From NCBI RefSeq assembly GCF_009834535.1, contig NC_045696.1, positions 98,458,001-98,522,000 on the forward strand: 64,000 bases of DNA, in the 5' to 3' direction. The translations under genes were made by a program, and so were the position numbers. This DNA comes from Camelus ferus (Eukaryota). How positions within the stretch are numbered: position 1 is the stretch's first letter; every line of letters begins with the position of its first letter. Shown here piece by piece: positions 62,880-64,000 of this stretch. A model generated the notes under the pieces. It was not told the origin of the DNA. It did not search any database and saw only the letters and a program-made list of their open reading frames with translations.

Positions 62880-63560
62880 CTTGGATAGAATGGGAGCCAG
62901 AAAAATCATGTAGTGCTGAATTTAATGGATATTTTTGATGTGGCAGCCATTTGAAAAATGATTATGCACAATTAGTTGCCTTCATTCCCTGTAACACCAA
63001 GGTGCAATAATCTTGGAACAGTCTGCGCGGGATTCAGGTTTGCACAGTAGGATCTCGCCTTGCCTTGGCTAGCTTGCATGCCTGTTCCAAGTTGTTTTTA
63101 TATCTTGTACAGATGGATCATGCTTTCAAATACACCAACTTGTCCTCCACAAAGGAAGAACTTATGAAGTCCTGTGGTTTTCATTTCATGTAAAGTGGAT
63201 GTAATTTTTTTAGATCGTTCAGCTAAGATTATAGGTGCTCTTCTCTAATAGAATTTTCTTCTTATGTATTGGCCTCATTTTTAAGAAAATAGGTTTACTT
63301 GTACACTAAATCCATCCAAACTGGAGGTCTGGCTAGATAGGAGCCAGATAAGTAAGACAGCACTGAACTTCGTAGATATTTTTGATATAGAAAGCTCTGT
63401 GAAACTTGATTATGTACAATTTACTTTTGAAAGAAAACTTTGCCATTAAATCAAGTTGTGAACTGTGACAACTGACATTGGGGGACATTTGAAATATTAT
63501 TATGAAGTTTAACTTTTCTAAACACTGGAAGAAATTTGGTGGAGTTTTAAGTATGTGGCT
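62880..63560 (-). mobile_element. Putative very ancient L1/Tx1-clade RT relic
   Basis: Manual translation gives IIFQMSPN ... MRPI/(12 codons+1 nt)/ILAERSKKITSTLHEMKTTG...MIHLYK..KQLG...GKA...LLHLGVTGNEGN*L...ATSKISI, with spacing like non-LTR RT domains 0-3; the D.EKAFD core is not preserved. Confidence 0.35.
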
Positions 63561-64000
63561 CATTTGACTTTAATTTGTTCTAATATTTTAAAAATATTTT
63601 GCTGTAATTCATAATCCAGACATCTTTCTGACGTTCAGTTTTTCCACTTACAAAATGGAATTCACTTGTGAGTCCTTTAAGGCATTTTAACAGTGATCCT
63701 CTAACATCTTTTAAATTAGTCCATTGTAGATCATCAGTTAATCCAGAATCTTTCATTTTTCCACTGGCAATTACAATTTTCCTCCTATGTTAGGGTTCCC
63801 CCATCTGGAAAAGCTCCTTCTTCACATTTCTCTAATAGCATTGCACTCTTTTATAGCTCTTTAGGTACCTCCTATAGAGCAACACTTACTGAACCAACAT
63901 ACTTTATGAGGCAAAATCTAAAACAGACACTTCCATCCAAACTAACCCTGGCAGTTCATAAAATCATTCTTTAATTGTCTTCCTCAGGTCATTGTTCCAT

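Noticed and set aside
1..64000. Prokaryotic or phage-type systems (operons, CRISPR, defence islands), tRNA/rRNA genes, CpG-island promoter
   Set aside because: The sequence is mammalian repeat-rich DNA with no ORF over ~130 aa and none of these signatures.

Overview
AT-rich, CpG-depleted eutherian genomic DNA that looks intronic or intergenic. I see no prokaryotic features, CpG island, RNA gene or recognisable protein-coding gene. A large part of the window is interspersed repeat: L2, MIR, L3/CR1, old L1M fragments, MaLR LTRs, hAT MERs, two ERV1 solo LTRs with 4-bp TSDs, and two younger L1 3' ends with TSDs. The younger L1 3' UTRs and the apparent lack of Bov-tA/CHR-2/PRE-1/Alu/B1 SINEs suggest a camelid or similar cetartiodactyl (inference). 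Almost all listed ORFs are repeat shadows or chance. The most notable unexplained signals are on the minus strand: (i) a clean 234-nt AG/GT-bounded open phase-1/1 exon candidate of unknown product at 54131-54364; (ii) a very degenerate L1/Tx1-type reverse-transcriptase-like stretch at about 62880-63560, with possibly colinear downstream ORF2-like pieces down to about 50550; (iii) a MER41-like LTR retaining one intact STAT GAS motif. Repeat names and most repeat boundaries come from recalled consensus similarity and are approximate; no searches were run. I cannot establish a novel biological system here.
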